Counted from the stretch's first letter, positions 36,065 through 49,312 are shown. The stretch is DNA of 64,000 nucleotides from Owenia fusiformis (GCA_903813345.2 CAIIXF020000001.1:42408001-42472000), one strand, 5' to 3'. A program made the numbers and translations. The notes: generated by a model not told the origin, from the letters alone.

Positions 36065-36637
36065 TTTATCTTCTGTTGTAGAGTTTGCAGCGATGCAATT
36101 GTTCTAGAATGCCTGTAGGCATTGTTTTAAAGGCAACCCAAAGCACAGTAGTCAACCGGGGTGTTTGGGGCCACAAATATCAGGTGGAATAAAACAAGGT
36201 GTTTTCTGTTTAAGGTAGTCAATTGTTGATTTCGATCGATGCAATGGTGCTCCATCCTGTTGAGAAATAAAGTCTCTGGATATGCGCCTTATCTGTCCTT
36301 TATCTAATACATTTTTGGCAGTGTTCTACATTCATATTTGCTTCTTTTCAATGAATACCACGTAAGTTATCCCCTTTTTTAGAAAAGGCTACAGCTGCCA
36401 TGGTTTTTTGTGTGAAGTGTTTTCGGGGATGGAGCAGCCGTGACTTGCTAACCTCCTTATTACGCACAGCAGAAGATTTGATATTTTAGGTGAAAAGAAC
36501 ATATGTGTTGCTATGTTTGAAAATAGGTTAATGGCGTAAATCTAAGGCCTATTTTCAAGAATTTTGAAAACCTTTCGTCCTTTGCTTTTGACATACAATA
36601 GAAAACACAGATATTTGCTTACAAAATCAACAATATA

Positions 36638-38281
36638 CACTGTTGCTCATAAATATGGAATATTTTATAGATACGAACTGTTCGATGGAATTTCTACAAA
36701 ATGATAACATTTTGAAGAAAATTTGTAATGTGTTCTCATTCCCTCATGAGTTTTGCATATAAAACTGATTGGTGTGAAAAGTTAAAACATTTATGGTTGA
36801 TTAAACTTGTATTCACTCAGGTGACCCTATGACCTCATGATATTGGCAACTTGAAATAGGTGTCCAAATCTTAGTTTTTAACCATTGTGCACATTTTACA
36901 AAAATTTAATTTAGAGTTGGAAGAGTTTTTAGAAGGCACACCCCATAAAACAAGCGAAAAAGAGCATGACAGGTCAAAGGGATGGCGCTCTCTGGCATGA
37001 AACAAACTGCCATTGCCAGAACCATAGGGGTGTGTCAGGAACAGTCTCTAAAATTCTGCAGTGGTACCAAAGGCACTAAAATAGTATAGGTCACAGCAAT
37101 AGTAGCCCTAGATAGAACAATGTAAGAAAAGACCACCACCTGCTGCATTTATGTCATCAAAATCGCTTTAAGTCAGCCAGTAGTCTACGAGATGAATGGG
37201 TGTCCCACCTCAAAACCTGTGTTCCAGAGCTATAGACAACCAGTGGCATCTTTAGAACGGATGTAAGGCCATGAGACCTTTAAAGAAACAACAGCTGACT
37301 GATCATAACAAAGAAAGGTGGCTTCAATGGGCAGGAAAGCACCAAAACGTTGGACCTAATCTTTGGTGACATATGACAGCAGGTGAAGAAATAAGATGTG
37401 TCCTCCACAAAGTTAATAATTGTGTTCGTTTCTGTCGTAGACCAGGGGAAAGAGACAATAAGGACACTTACTGAGATGTCAGTCCACAAAGGTGACCCTA
37501 TTTATGTTTGGAGCAGTATTACAGAGGTTCTTTGGAGCAGTACTACAGAAATTGCACCCCCTTGGTGATTCCGAAACATAATTTCAGAGTAAATTGACCT
37601 TTTGGACCTCCATGAAGTACCACATGTAAACAGAGTGTTTTGGGGCAACGTTCAACTGCAGAATGATCATGCTGTTGCATATGCTAGTGGCATTGTGTTG
37701 GATTACATCAGGGCAGGCAATGTGGACCAGCTACCATGGGCACAAAAGTCAGCCAATCAGGCTAATGCAGAGCAAATGTGGGACGACCTTGGTAATGAGA
37801 TTCATGACTTGGACCCCAACCTCAAAATTTAGACACGTTACACACTGCTCAGATTGAGGAATGGGGACTTATTTCACTTAGAAAGGTCAGATGTTTCATT
37901 CAATGCTGGTCCCGTAGGGTTGATGCTCTGATTGCAGCACAAAGAGGACATAACGCATATAAGTGCTATTATTTGATAGAGGACACTTCAATCTTCATGA
38001 CCAGATGTTTATTTTGTTTGCTCTGTTTTACATGACAATTTGGATCGGGGTGTTTTGAAAATGCAAAAATTCTTAGCGTACCCCTGTTTAAATAACAGTA
38101 ATTTTCTAAACTAAAATGTGAATATTTTTTCCCCAAAAAATGTTGATTTATAGATGAAATATGTGGTAATGATTTGCCCAGAAAATAAATGCCCAAACCG
38201 CCTCCAAAAAAATGTTCTCTTACTCCAAAATTTGAATTCTGAGCTGCCAAATCTAATATTCCATATTTATGAGCAACAGTG
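36638..38281 (+). mobile_element. Full-length decayed Tc1-like (DD34E-type) transposon, 1644 bp
   Basis: TA-CACTGTTGCTCATAAATATGGAATATT ... AATATTCCATATTTATGAGCAACAGTG-TA. Internal remnants include GMALSGMKQTAIARTIGV (HTH) and QLQNDHA...VDQLPWAQKSANQANAEQMWDDL (degenerate QQDNA...WP..SPDLNPIE.LW). Confidence 0.85.
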
Positions 38282-38830
38282 TATTCGAAAACTAGAGCTG
38301 ATGGGCAAAAGAATCATATACGATTTGATTCAAATTGGTCTCGTATTTTTTGTTTAATGTATATCCGAAAAGTTAGAGGAAACAAAACTGTTAAATATAT
38401 CGTTCATGACGCGCCCAGTCCCTATGTGCGCCTTATATTTGTTAATCATTACTAAAAATTATAAAAACAGGGGTTTATCTAATTATACCTGACAGATAAT
38501 GTCTTGGACTACTTGTGTGAAAAATATTAGGATCTGGCTGTTTCATACCAGGGTCGTCAAAAAACGGCAGCCCTAGTTTTTCCTGAGGAATAACTCCCTG
38601 ATATTTTACACATTTGTACATCATTCAATTTCCTAACAACCTACTACATTTCTTGACCATCAGACTGATAGTCACAATATTACTGCATTTTAAGCAACAT
38701 ACCCCAGATGGCCACTTTCGGGCTGTCTGAGCTGGTCTGTTATCCAAATAAACTCAATTTCCAACTTGATAAACTGGTAATTATAAACTCTAACAATTAT
38801 GTATTCTTGTGAGCCAAGCACTTTATGAAG

Positions 38831-39165
38831 TAGTGGAGAATCCCCACGACGTTTTTTATCACAAACGTATATCAGTATCATATGTTTTAGAAAATGTTCA
38901 TGTTTGCGAAAAATAGCTCAGAAGACAACAGAATCGTCGATTTAATTCCTCACTTAAGTTACGTAAACGATTTGGGTTAAAATTGCAAATCTTACCTGTT
39001 TTTCGAAAAACCGTTTATGTAACTTACATTGTAAGTGAAGAATTAAATCGACAATTCTGTTGTCTTCCGAACTATTTGTTCGCACATATCGGCATATGTA
39101 CATTTTCTTAAACATATGATACCGATACATGTTTGTGTTAAAAAATGTCGTGGGAATTCTGCCTA
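38831..39165. mobile_element. Palindromic MITE, about 335 bp
   Basis: AGAATCCCCACGACG...GAAGACAACAGAATCGTCGATTTAATTC / GAATTAAATCGACAATTCTGTTGTCTTC...TGTCGTGGGAATTCT. A one-arm fragment lies at about 53880-53972. Confidence 0.7.
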
Positions 39166-40785
39166 CAACGTGTGGAATAAGGAAAAAAATCGTACCTTCG
39201 ACGTTCCGACATTTTGTTACCAAAACGAACCGTTTCGGTAACCAGCGTAATCGAGTGGATCACCAGTGGTATTGGTATATTATTATCTCTCGTTTGGATA
39301 TTTGACTTCTCAGGTATTATTAAAGATATTAATCAATATTGACAGACAGTTAGGCGCATTATTGCTTGGACATCCACTTACGTATTAAACCTTCACTTGG
39401 CAACTTTAAAGTGGACCAAAACGTATGCATTTATGGTTGAGAAAGATCGGAACCAGCCATAATTTCTATTGCGGTCGTTGGTTCTCTTCGATTGTGTCTT
39501 CTCTGCGTTGTGTTATGCTCTTTGATCTTCCAATTCGGGCACTCGTAAATCGTAATGCATACATCATATTTCCCTCCAGTAGGGAATCGTACTTAATTGT
39601 ATTGGCTAATGCAAAATGACACCATACAATAATGCTAGATAATCTAGCGATTTAGCAGTGCAAAAGTATGAAGGAATACGAATAGGATCATTAGTTAATC
39701 CTAGCAGTAAACAGTATTCTTATTAATTGTTTCAACAAATCATTTTAATTACAATTCCATAGTACTTGATAAAATATCGCATAGCTATCATATGCGTACA
39801 AACTGGTGAATAGGAGGCTACATGTTTAGCACACAATTGTTGTTGTCTGGCTTGTTGACTGGCATATTAGGACATTTATAGCAGTGAAAAGATTTCTTCA
39901 AACTGTACGTATGTTTCTTATCTGTTCCCGATATACTGACACACCGTACTCGTACATTGTAGAAAAAGATTAAACTAATATTGGTTTCACTAAAACAAAT
40001 ATATCAAGTAAAGCTGCCATAATAATACACTTCCAGGTGATTATTGTTATTTTACAAAAACTATTACTTTTAGTACATGATTGATATGAAGATATATCGT
40101 TGAACAAAGCAAAACCCAAGTCGTAAAATGAACCATCTCAATCCTTGAAGAGAAAAAGCAATTCAGGAGCCATAAACATCTTCGGGAAAATACTTTATCA
40201 ATTTAATCATCATTTTAATAGACAAATTTTAAGCAGGTAATAAATGTTATTGTGTAGCATTAATAATTTCTGTGGCAAATCAGGGAGGGATGACAGTTGT
40301 ATGGCTTCAACAACTGTAAACACATCATAACTTAGAATAAAATGTAATCTCGATACAAAGGTAATATCCGATTGTCAGAGAACAATACGATCGATTTGAT
40401 ACAACTGTCAGCTTCTCAGCTTTCTTTGGCGTCACCTTACCAGGTAATCACAAATTACAATCAGAAATGCAACCTCAGTGCGTCTTATGGTAAGTTTGAT
40501 TAATTTAAATTAATAAGCTTTACACTAATAAAATACTATACAACTGCATTGAACAACGTAATTGTGGATTTTCATATTGTCCGTTCATCTCATGGTAAAA
40601 ACCTTAAATGTCTAAAATGTTAATGAGGTTATCATAATAAAAATGACATGGTTAATTACCAATGAGTACAATAATTGTTCGCATATTTACTGAATTTCAC
40701 AGAAATATCATTCAAAATGAAATAAATCAACTGTAATGGAAAGAGAAGAAAAGCCTTATTTCAAAAATATACATATTTGTAAAAG

Positions 40786-40865
40786 TACGTTCTCTAAAAT
40801 AGATTTGAACTACGTACGTTCTCGAAAATAGATTTGATCTACGTACGTTCTCTACAATATAGATT
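40786..40865. repeat. 29-bp tandem repeat x~3
   Basis: TACGTTCTC(T/G)AAAATAGATTTGA(A/T)CTACG repeated. Confidence 0.8.
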
Positions 40866-41564
40866 CGGCCTATCGGCGATGGGCAGTTTGTCCTACAGAC
40901 AGACTAATTGGGCGGGTTAGTGTCACCCTTATCTCTTCATGATTTCACCCGTTGGGAACATTTTGATACAATTTAACATGTCTATTCGTAACGGCTAATC
41001 GAGTAAATTTAACATGAACTGGACATGAATGGTTCTCAAATGCATTACGTAAATGATTCAATTGCAATAATTGAACTTGCTGCATTTAGGTACTTATAGT
41101 CTTTCTTTAAAGAGAGAATCAGATATAGCGAGCAGGCTAAACAATTTTTTTTTCAATTTTAGAATATTTTTGGCTCATGTCATTCCTTGTCATGTCTATT
41201 TTCTAAGAATCACAAAAGTACATACTTTATTCCAGGAAAACTAAAGATTTTTACAATAATGTATTATTTTTCTATAAGAATGGTTACCATTCTTATTATT
41301 CGAGAGAAATTAGACATTTTCACTCATATTTGCACTTTGAATCATTAATAACTTCACCAATTTATAACATATTGCGAATCTTTAGGGAAATATTGTATTT
41401 GATATTGTAAGGAATAGATTGGTAGGTCAATTATACATGTTGCTTGTAATTTTGTCACCCCCTATAGATCAGATTCTGCCTTTAATATATACTCCTCGAA
41501 AAAAGTTAAGGACCTCATAGGTTTACATGTTAACCCCCATATTTGTTGAACGACTGTATTCTAA

Positions 41565-42372
41565 CCCCCCTATCACACCAAGCTAGTTCTTACCCGTTCT
41601 TGCCAGTCCTACGAAAACGTCGTAAAACGGGCTCAATCTGGCTGTGGTCGGGAAATATGTCTGAAATAATTAGCTTCTTCGTTCTTAAACAGTCTTCAAT
41701 ACGTCCATCTCGTTCGCAGTTCGTTCAGGTCGCACCACGTCGGTGTGCAACGTTGTAGAACGCGTCCCTTAGTCTAGAAGGTCAACATGACCTGATTACA
41801 GAACGGTATGGTCGCCATCGAATTTTGAATCGATTCAAAATTCTAAAATCACATTCCCGTCTGAGAACGTTCATAAAGATCGTAAATAGACCTTAGAAAG
41901 TTGCAGCTACGTTCATTCCGTTCGCACACAGTTTCAAACTAGTTTTGAAGAACGCAGTGGCAACTTGTTTGGTGTGATAGCTATATTTTTGCTAACTCGT
42001 TCATAAGCAGTGTTAAATACGTTCTTAATCAGTTTAAACCCATTTGCAATTAGTTCTACCTCGTTCTCAACACGTCCTCAGACAGTTCAACTCGTTGTTA
42101 AAACGTCCCTAGTTGGATTGAAGTACGACGGTTCCGTTCGTAGTACGTCCAGCTCGTCGTTAGTACGTTGTCACTCGTTCTAATTGTAGAACGTGACGAC
42201 CACGAGAGCATTTTGAGCATGTTCTAAGTTCTAGAGGGCCTACCCGTTCAAGAACGTTCGATGAAGTTTGTAAATAGACCCCAAACGGTTCTAAGTACGT
42301 CCAGTCCGTTCGTACACAGTTGAAGCCCGTTTTCGAGAACGTAGTGAGAACTAGTTTGGTGTGATAGTAGGG
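41565..42372 (-). mobile_element. Family A element, copy 3 (inverted)
   Basis: Reverse complement of 5794-6601, with TAA TSD on both sides. Confidence 0.9.
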
Positions 42373-43674
42373 TAAGCGGAGAACAAAAGAAATCCCATAA
42401 AAAATCTGTATCTTGATTCTATTCACTATAAGGTCCGCAACGTTTCAATGGTATATCTCCATTACATTGGCTCAAAATTTAAATGTCTAAATTAATGGCA
42501 CAGTGTGGCACATTTGAGGTATGTTCCTTTTAATTGAGCAAGAACTGCACTGAATCCTCTTTTAAATTGGCACTAAAACTTCTATTTTCAGTGACAAAAT
42601 GAAAATTGCCGAATCAGCAGAATTCAGATCGTCATCTCACTATCAAATTGATTGACAAATGTAGTTTCTATTAATATAAAGGCAAGTGCACTAATGCTGA
42701 ACATATTTCTTGGAGATTAAAAATGTCAAGTTGCAACCAAAGGTTGAAAATGCGTTTTGCTTTCAGACAATCGTTTGTAGTTGTGGATCTTGAACTCACA
42801 CTTGTGTAAACATCTTTAATATTACCAACATAAATCTGAGACAATGTTATATGCCACTTTAATGCTAATGTTGATGACTTTCATCTGACCATTGCTCAAT
42901 GGACTCCTAAATAGGTTCAATCCATTGAACGGCGCTTGGGATCTAACATCTATAATGTCCATTGTATTTCAGCAGCAATATTATTAAGTTACTGATATTG
43001 TTCAAGGGGGATTCCTGACCCATAAATGAGGGTTTGCTTCATCACGATACACTTTTTATTACATAACATTATACTGAATCTGTAAATGAATGTTCTTCAT
43101 TATCGCTAAATAAATGACTTGACTCATAAAAAACCGAAGCACTTGCTACTTGACTTTAATCATACTTAATCTAAAACGTTTAGGACTAATACTTATTCCT
43201 CGTTTCATCTGTTAAAATTAGCCTATTATATCGTGAGGCTAAACGCAAGTTTCTAATTCATCTAGATATTCTCTACATGGAACAAACCAAGAACTTAAAG
43301 CTTACATATACTATATTTAGTCGAGTAAATCTACAACCATTGCTGAATTTCTACCCTTGTAATGATTCATAGTTCGGCAAACGAGGGTCAAAATAATAAC
43401 GCCATTTGTCCAAGGGTTTGAATATACCATTTGAAAGGGGAGAGTATAAGGAAAACTCCGCTGTCAAGTCCAAACTGAATCGGAAGAAATCCTGATTTCT
43501 AAGGGCATACCCTAGTGTCATATCAAACTACTTTGTTCTTCAAGCTCTTTGTTCTTCAGATCGGTGAAAGGTGTGTTACAAAGGCGAGGAATTAAAACTG
43601 TGAATGTATCGATTAACGATGATAATAGGTGACCATGCTAATAACATAGTTTGCAAAATATGCTTATTAAACAT

Positions 43675-44031
43675 AGTGACCCCTTAAAAATAGGTGGCGC
43701 TAGGGTAACAAATCAAGTATATCTCATTAAATTTGTGATTCTATGTAATGAAACAAAGTTGACATGTTGTTTAGACTAAATACAGTTTATCTGAATTGGT
43801 TAAAGTTTTCAACTCTACCAACAGCCCTTTAAAATTTTTTTTTTTGTGAAATGGGCATTTTACAAGGGGCGCCACCTATACAATGCTGTAAAAAAATTTG
43901 CCCACCAGTGCCACTCCGGCACAGTTCTGATTTTGAAAGTAATTAACTTATAGATAAAGAAAATACAAAGATATAGCATACATCCTAGAAGGCAACCAAA
44001 AGTTTCAATATGCCATTATTCCGCTGGACTA
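43675..44031. mobile_element. Possible Academ-like non-autonomous fragment
   Basis: The right end TTCCGCTGGACTA (TAGTCCAGCGGAA on the - strand) resembles Academ TAG termini. No matching left TIR was found. Confidence 0.3.
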
Positions 44032-44915
44032 TTAAAAGCAGTAGAAAAGTAAAATATTTTGCCTCCCCATCTTGATTAATAAGTGCAACAATAAAACTGC
44101 TTATGACATATTAACGATTGCAGAATTATTATCATTATAAAAATATAATAGTGAAATCAAAGTTATTACTTTTCTCGTCAATATGAGATTACTTAATCTA
44201 GTTTCAAATTACTTTAAACAGCAAGACTAAATCTCTAGGTCTGGTGATATTAACTAACGGCATCAAACGAGAATATATAGATATTACAATTTTTCTGTTA
44301 CAGATACCGTGATGTATGGTTGACACCATGGAATATTTACCTCATTGATGCGAATCAACATTCTGACAAACGTACACACGAGGGTGGCTATGATATTGGA
44401 CAGCTGAAACCTGTGAACTTAATAAAGAGTACGCAACTGTCAGTTTCAATTAGACGAGGAACTAGTATGTATAAGTACTCACGATGGAATTGACACTCGG
44501 ATGAATATAGGAAAGATAATCGTGGATAATCTAGAGTGACAATTAATAGAAGAGAGCAAATAATGTTATTAAATACAATGTCATCCTTAATCCTTAGACT
44601 GTCAGCAAAATAACATCGTAGATGGAGGTTCTAAATTAAACATTTTTTCTTAATCTACAAAAGGATTTATAGTGTGCTGCTGCATCATGTGATATAGTTA
44701 CTGAGATTGTTTAACCGTTTTTCTCCATATAACGATTTATGATCACTTTTTAAAAGACACAATAGATAGATTTAGAATAGATCTAATATTACAAACTCAT
44801 CGAAGTGAGATAATTTCTCACTTAGGTGCCTGCGCACTAATGGAAATACTAGTAGTTTTATTAATGAAGGTGCCCTGGACATGATAACCATTGGATAAGA
44901 AATAGTTATAAAATT

Positions 44916-46175
44916 ATGGCGGATCAGCAGGATCTATATGCCTTGATAGGAATACTGACATTTCTGACCATTGTTGGAAGTTTTGGAAATGCGATTGTAA
45001 TGTACGTTTACTATAAAAAGAATGACAAGATGGCGTCGTCTTTATTTATACTGAGTTTAGCAGTTGTGGACTTCATAACATGCTTTGTGATCATCCCTAT
45101 GACGATTTTTATGGAGTATGTTGATTTCTATGTTGGATCACATGATATGCTTTGCAAGATCTACATGTTTTTCACCACATCAAATGTTCCGTTTTCTGCT
45201 ATGGTGATGGTGATCATAGCAGTAGACCGTTATTTCTGTATATGTCATCCATTTATGACTGTACTCACCAAACAACGCGCCAAGATCGTAGTTATGTTTC
45301 TTGTGTCTATTGTAATAGCTATTGGGATTACCGTATCTTTGTCGTATGGCGTATATGATGCCCCGGCCGACTCGAACAGAATCTATGATACGAATAATTT
45401 TTCTGAAAATGCTTTAGCCAAGAATAACTCAATAAAATACTTTAACCAAACACAAAGTGGTATAGCCAACATTACACAACTACAATGTCACCTTAACAAC
45501 CAGATTATCAGTAAAGACTTCATTATGAAATTTCAAAAGGGATATTTGTCAATATTCATGGTGTGTGGCTTGTCAGTTATTGTTCTATACAGTTTTATAT
45601 TAAAAGAGGTCGTCTATAGACGAGCACTGAGGGACAAAAGACATGCAAATACCTTGAAATTACTGCCTGGTCAGAATATTGATGGAAAAATTCAGGAGAA
45701 CGCTCCTCAAATATGTCAAGACCCCTCAACAGCAAACTGCTCACAAGATGACAAAAAGACGAACGATGATATCTTCAAGAAGGGAACAGGTGTGAATAAC
45801 AACAGTAATAATTCCAGTTTGCGAAGTAAGGATACAAGTTATAGGAGTAATCAGACAAGCATTGGGGGAAGTCAGAATAATATTGGCAGATCCAACGGAA
45901 GCAGAAGACACATTCACAGGGACAGCACTTTCATCGCTAATTTACGGACAGCTGCCATGTTGTTTGTGGTCGCTATGGTATATATCATGAGTTACATACC
46001 GACGTGTTTAATGATTCTGAAAATTGTCCCTTATCAGTACGTTGTGTACAATCTTTATTTTATGTACAACGCAGCCAATCCATTAATCTACTCTTTCATG
46101 AATCCAATCTTTAGGAATGACCTTAAAAAAATATTCAATTCACTCTTTGGACAGAGGGGGCATAATCACATTTAA
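44916..46175 (+). CDS. Rhodopsin-like (class A) GPCR, orphan peptide-receptor-like, 419 aa, single coding exon
   Basis: Seven hydrophobic segments with TM1 GN, TM2 LAVVD, TM3 C...DRY, long glycosylated ECL2 with Cys, long ICL3, TM6 SYIP and TM7 NPLIY. Confidence 0.97.
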   Translation: MADQQDLYALIGILTFLTIVGSFGNAIVMYVYYKKNDKMASSLFILSLAVVDFITCFVIIPMTIFMEYVDFYVGSHDMLCKIYMFFTTSNVPFSAMVMVIIAVDRYFCICHPFMTVLTKQRAKIVVMFLVSIVIAIGITVSLSYGVYDAPADSNRIYDTNNFSENALAKNNSIKYFNQTQSGIANITQLQCHLNNQIISKDFIMKFQKGYLSIFMVCGLSVIVLYSFILKEVVYRRALRDKRHANTLKLLPGQNIDGKIQENAPQICQDPSTANCSQDDKKTNDDIFKKGTGVNNNSNNSSLRSKDTSYRSNQTSIGGSQNNIGRSNGSRRHIHRDSTFIANLRTAAMLFVVAMVYIMSYIPTCLMILKIVPYQYVVYNLYFMYNAANPLIYSFMNPIFRNDLKKIFNSLFGQRGHNHI

Positions 46176-46334
46176 AAACCGTAAACAAAGGTGTTGCTGT
46201 TGTATCCATTGTCAATAAGTAAATGGGTACTCCTTTATTATCTTTATAAGACTCCAGATTGTAAATTTGCAAATGGGTTTGTCTGTTTTCATCTACTTTT
46301 TCTTCGTATTCTTGTGTCCCAGTTTTTTCGTTAA

Positions 46335-46725
46335 AGGGGGAATCAGATCCAAAGGGATTGACAAAATTGCAAGCAAAATGTACAGCTGACCTACGAATGC
46401 ATTCCTTACTATCTCAAATATTATTTCTTCCAAATGATATGTTATAAATTGATGAAGTTATCAAGGAGTGACAAAGTGCCAAAATGTGGAAAAAAAATTT
46501 ACATTCTCCCAAACACAAAAATGATAGCCATAAAAATAGAAAATAATACATTATGTACATATTATTGTAAGAATCTTTAGTTTTCCTCAAATACAGTAAA
46601 CACTTCGGGTATTTTTTAGAAGATATGACAAGTAATAAATTAAATGAGCCCAAAATATTCTAAAATTGAAACATTTTTTTTGTCAAGAGTTGTCATCAGG
46701 ATCTCGCTAGATCTGATTTTACATT
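46335..46725. mobile_element. Kolobok-like MITE (degenerate)
   Basis: TTAA-AGGGGGAATCAGATC ... GATCTGATTTTACATT-TTAA. Interrupts the HINE copy. Confidence 0.5.
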
Positions 46726-46929
46726 TTAACTTGAATACTTTACTTTACTTTAGTTAGCTGTTGGGAAATAGGGTCAAACTATCATCAAGGTCAAATGCCA
46801 AGAACTAGGTCAAAGCTTACATTTTCAATATTCTGTCAATCATGTTTGTCACTATTCATCGTAATTCATTGATCTTTTTCCACGAAGTAGCTTAGAAACA
46901 ACCCTTTCATAAGTATGCCATCCGTTGTT

Positions 46930-47772
46930 CAGGGCTTGCATTAACGGCGTCCCTTACATGTAAGTGACGCAAAAAAGAATTGTAGGACGGAAAAATAAAA
47001 AATATTTCCGTTTTTGGGACGGGAAAAAAAATTGAGTCAAAACTTTGAACATTTTTTGAAAATCTTGAAAATCTCAATAGTTGATCATGTTTGACTTCTT
47101 TGAGGTGTATATTAAGATCAAAATATGTGAGATTTACAACTTTATTTTGAGTAAAAAAGAAAAAGAATGCAGAAAAACGAACTATTGTAATGGGCGATAA
47201 TAGGTTATCAGTTTGCATGTGACATATTTTTCTCACTGAAAAGCTGATATAAAACCTTCAAAATGAGTTCAATTGTACAAATGATGCATACTTACCTAGG
47301 TGAAGTAGTCTATTTGTGATTATATAACGTCAAAATGGTCTAATTTATGATATAAATCAGAGGATTCTGATCATGTAGAAAATGTAGTGATACACTAAAT
47401 TACTGAGCGTCAGACAAATTCATACTAAAAAATGTTCTTATTTTTTCAAGCAGTTGTTCAGTTCAAACTGCAAACAGCAAGTATAAAGATAATCACAGTA
47501 TAATAGTACTTACTATAACAGGCTGGAGGTTACATAACATAAGTGAATTGAATATAAAGAACATGTTTAAATCACAGGGCACGAATGGCAACATTTTGAA
47601 AACACATAAGACATGTAAGATCAAGTCATGCACATTCCAAAATAGCCCATTATAGCTAATTTAGCTAATTTAGCTTATATATTGGAGGACACACTTTTTT
47701 CAGTCGGGACTCACTTTTTAAAAATTTTCCTTCATTGGGACTCACATTTTTCAGAGCCTAATGCAAGCGCTG
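46930..47772. mobile_element. CAG-ended non-autonomous element with 5-bp TSD, 843 bp
   Basis: CAGGGCTTGCATTA ... TAATGCAAGCGCTG with TSD TTGTT. Removing it restores the HINE core seen uninterrupted at about 18030-18058. Confidence 0.85.
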
Positions 47773-49102
47773 TTGTTTGATAACTCTTACCGATTTTGAG
47801 ATATCAGTATCCGAAAAGTAGGTCGACAAAAAAGTTCTCAAAATTCAATGTTTGAGGTGTAAGGATTCTAAATTTGAAATCAAAATTGAAATCTGACATT
47901 CGCTTTAAATTCAGTGACATTTTGAAAATCGGTATGAGGATATACTCCTGTTATATAAAGTCAATGGAACAGACTACAGATAAAAATTTATAAATTGAAA
48001 AATACCAGATACAGACAGGATACAAATAAAACTAGATTGGTGAGTTTGAACAAGCTCAATTCAAGACTCCAAATTCAGACTTTTTATTTCAAAAACATTT
48101 TCACGGAGCCCATGTCAATCTGCGCGCCTACTTAGGCGCGCAGTTTGTTTCGATCACAAACTGCGTGCCTAACAACATTGCATCATTCAAGTTGAAGTCT
48201 GTATTTTGAAACGTAATTTTAAGGCATTTAGACTGCATTGCTTTCTTGTTTAATGCGTTCATTCTGTGGCGAATATATGAATCTCGCAAAAACTATGTGC
48301 AAATGAATCTAAGTTTTAAAACATTAAGCAAATTAATGGCATTTTCGTCACCGGGAATTTATACATAAATCGATCTAGCACTTTAAACATATATGAAGAA
48401 TACTTCAGTCTAGTTTCATATTCAAAATATTTCGAGTTAAATATTAAGTTATTTGGGAGATTAAAATGAAATCAAGCACAAACCGCGCGCCTATTTTAGC
48501 CAGACATTACAAACTGTGCATACAATATCTGAACTACATATACGTACTTATCATTGGAATTTCTACAGAGGCATGTGTGGGTGCTTTGGAAATCCTGCTG
48601 TATCGTCAGATTTTATGAGATTTGAAAGTCAAAGTTTATAATAGAACTAAGTAACAATTAAGTTGGAAAAAACGTTTACTTCCAGATTGAAATAAGAGTA
48701 AGGAGATTCATGAATGGATGGCTCAGTAAACTATTTCTTTTGAGATTTGAGAGGACATTTGATCGAAAGGATATTTTCACAGTATTTTATATTTAGTGTA
48801 TTCTCGGACGAGTCTCTTGTAAATCTGGAGGCGGTGTCATTATTTGAGGAGCTTTGGGAGAATCACTGGGCATATTATCTTCGTATTTGGCAAGTTTTCT
48901 GGCGGACTTCTTCTGGTAAAGGGAGAGGGAGTGTTGCTTACGTTTTCTGAAAATAAAGTTGTTTACTGATTTGAAGTACAATACAGGATATATTCCGTTC
49001 AAGAAATTCTGTATTGGAACGAGACGAGGTCGAGTGCCAATACAAAATATCGATAATATCGATAACATCGATATCGATGCACCTCAAATCATTCTATAAC
49101 GT

Positions 49103-49312
49103 TTTTATCGTATGATCTTAGGCCAATACATTTTACCTAGGAGATAATCCCTAGAAATATTCTATATTCTCTGTATTGCTACTGAGATTTTCCCCTCTGT
49201 ACCAATATTTTCTGTATTGCTCCGGAGATGATCAAAGGGAACCATCTCAGTAGCAATACAGCACGAGAACTGACCAATCAGAGGGCTTCATTTTACAGAT
49301 CATACGATAAAA
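49103..49312. mobile_element. 210-bp inverted-repeat element
   Basis: TTTTATCGTATGATCT ... AGATCATACGATAAAA, with an internal inverted pair CTGTATTGCTACTGAGAT / ATCTCAGTAGCAATACAG. Confidence 0.7.

Larger units (their letters stand above)
34232..36420 (-). pseudogene. Decayed IS630-Tc1-mariner transposase (DDxD, maT-like), split by the family D insertion
   Basis: - strand 36300-36070 gives DFISQQDGAPLHRSKSTIDYLKQKTPCFIPPD...PVDY. 34501-34385 gives IKREWNAPSQETLNEAIDQWRMQLRLIVQEKG. Terminus-like GGGTGGGCCAAAAA lies near 34237. Frameshifted. Confidence 0.75.
46244..47960 (+). mobile_element. Old diverged copy of the HINE family, fragmented by two insertions
   Basis: Head TTATAAGACTCCAGAT lies near 46244. 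46760-46929 and 47773-47850 match the reverse complement of about 17990-18220. A further ACTAG/hairpin/GACTCCA end at 48031-48075 is in the opposite orientation. Confidence 0.65.

Noticed and set aside
48108..48500. Small hairpin CTGCGCGCCTA-CT-TAGGCGCGCAG with nearby related motifs
   Set aside because: Probably a TE fragment, but no termini or TSD could be defined.
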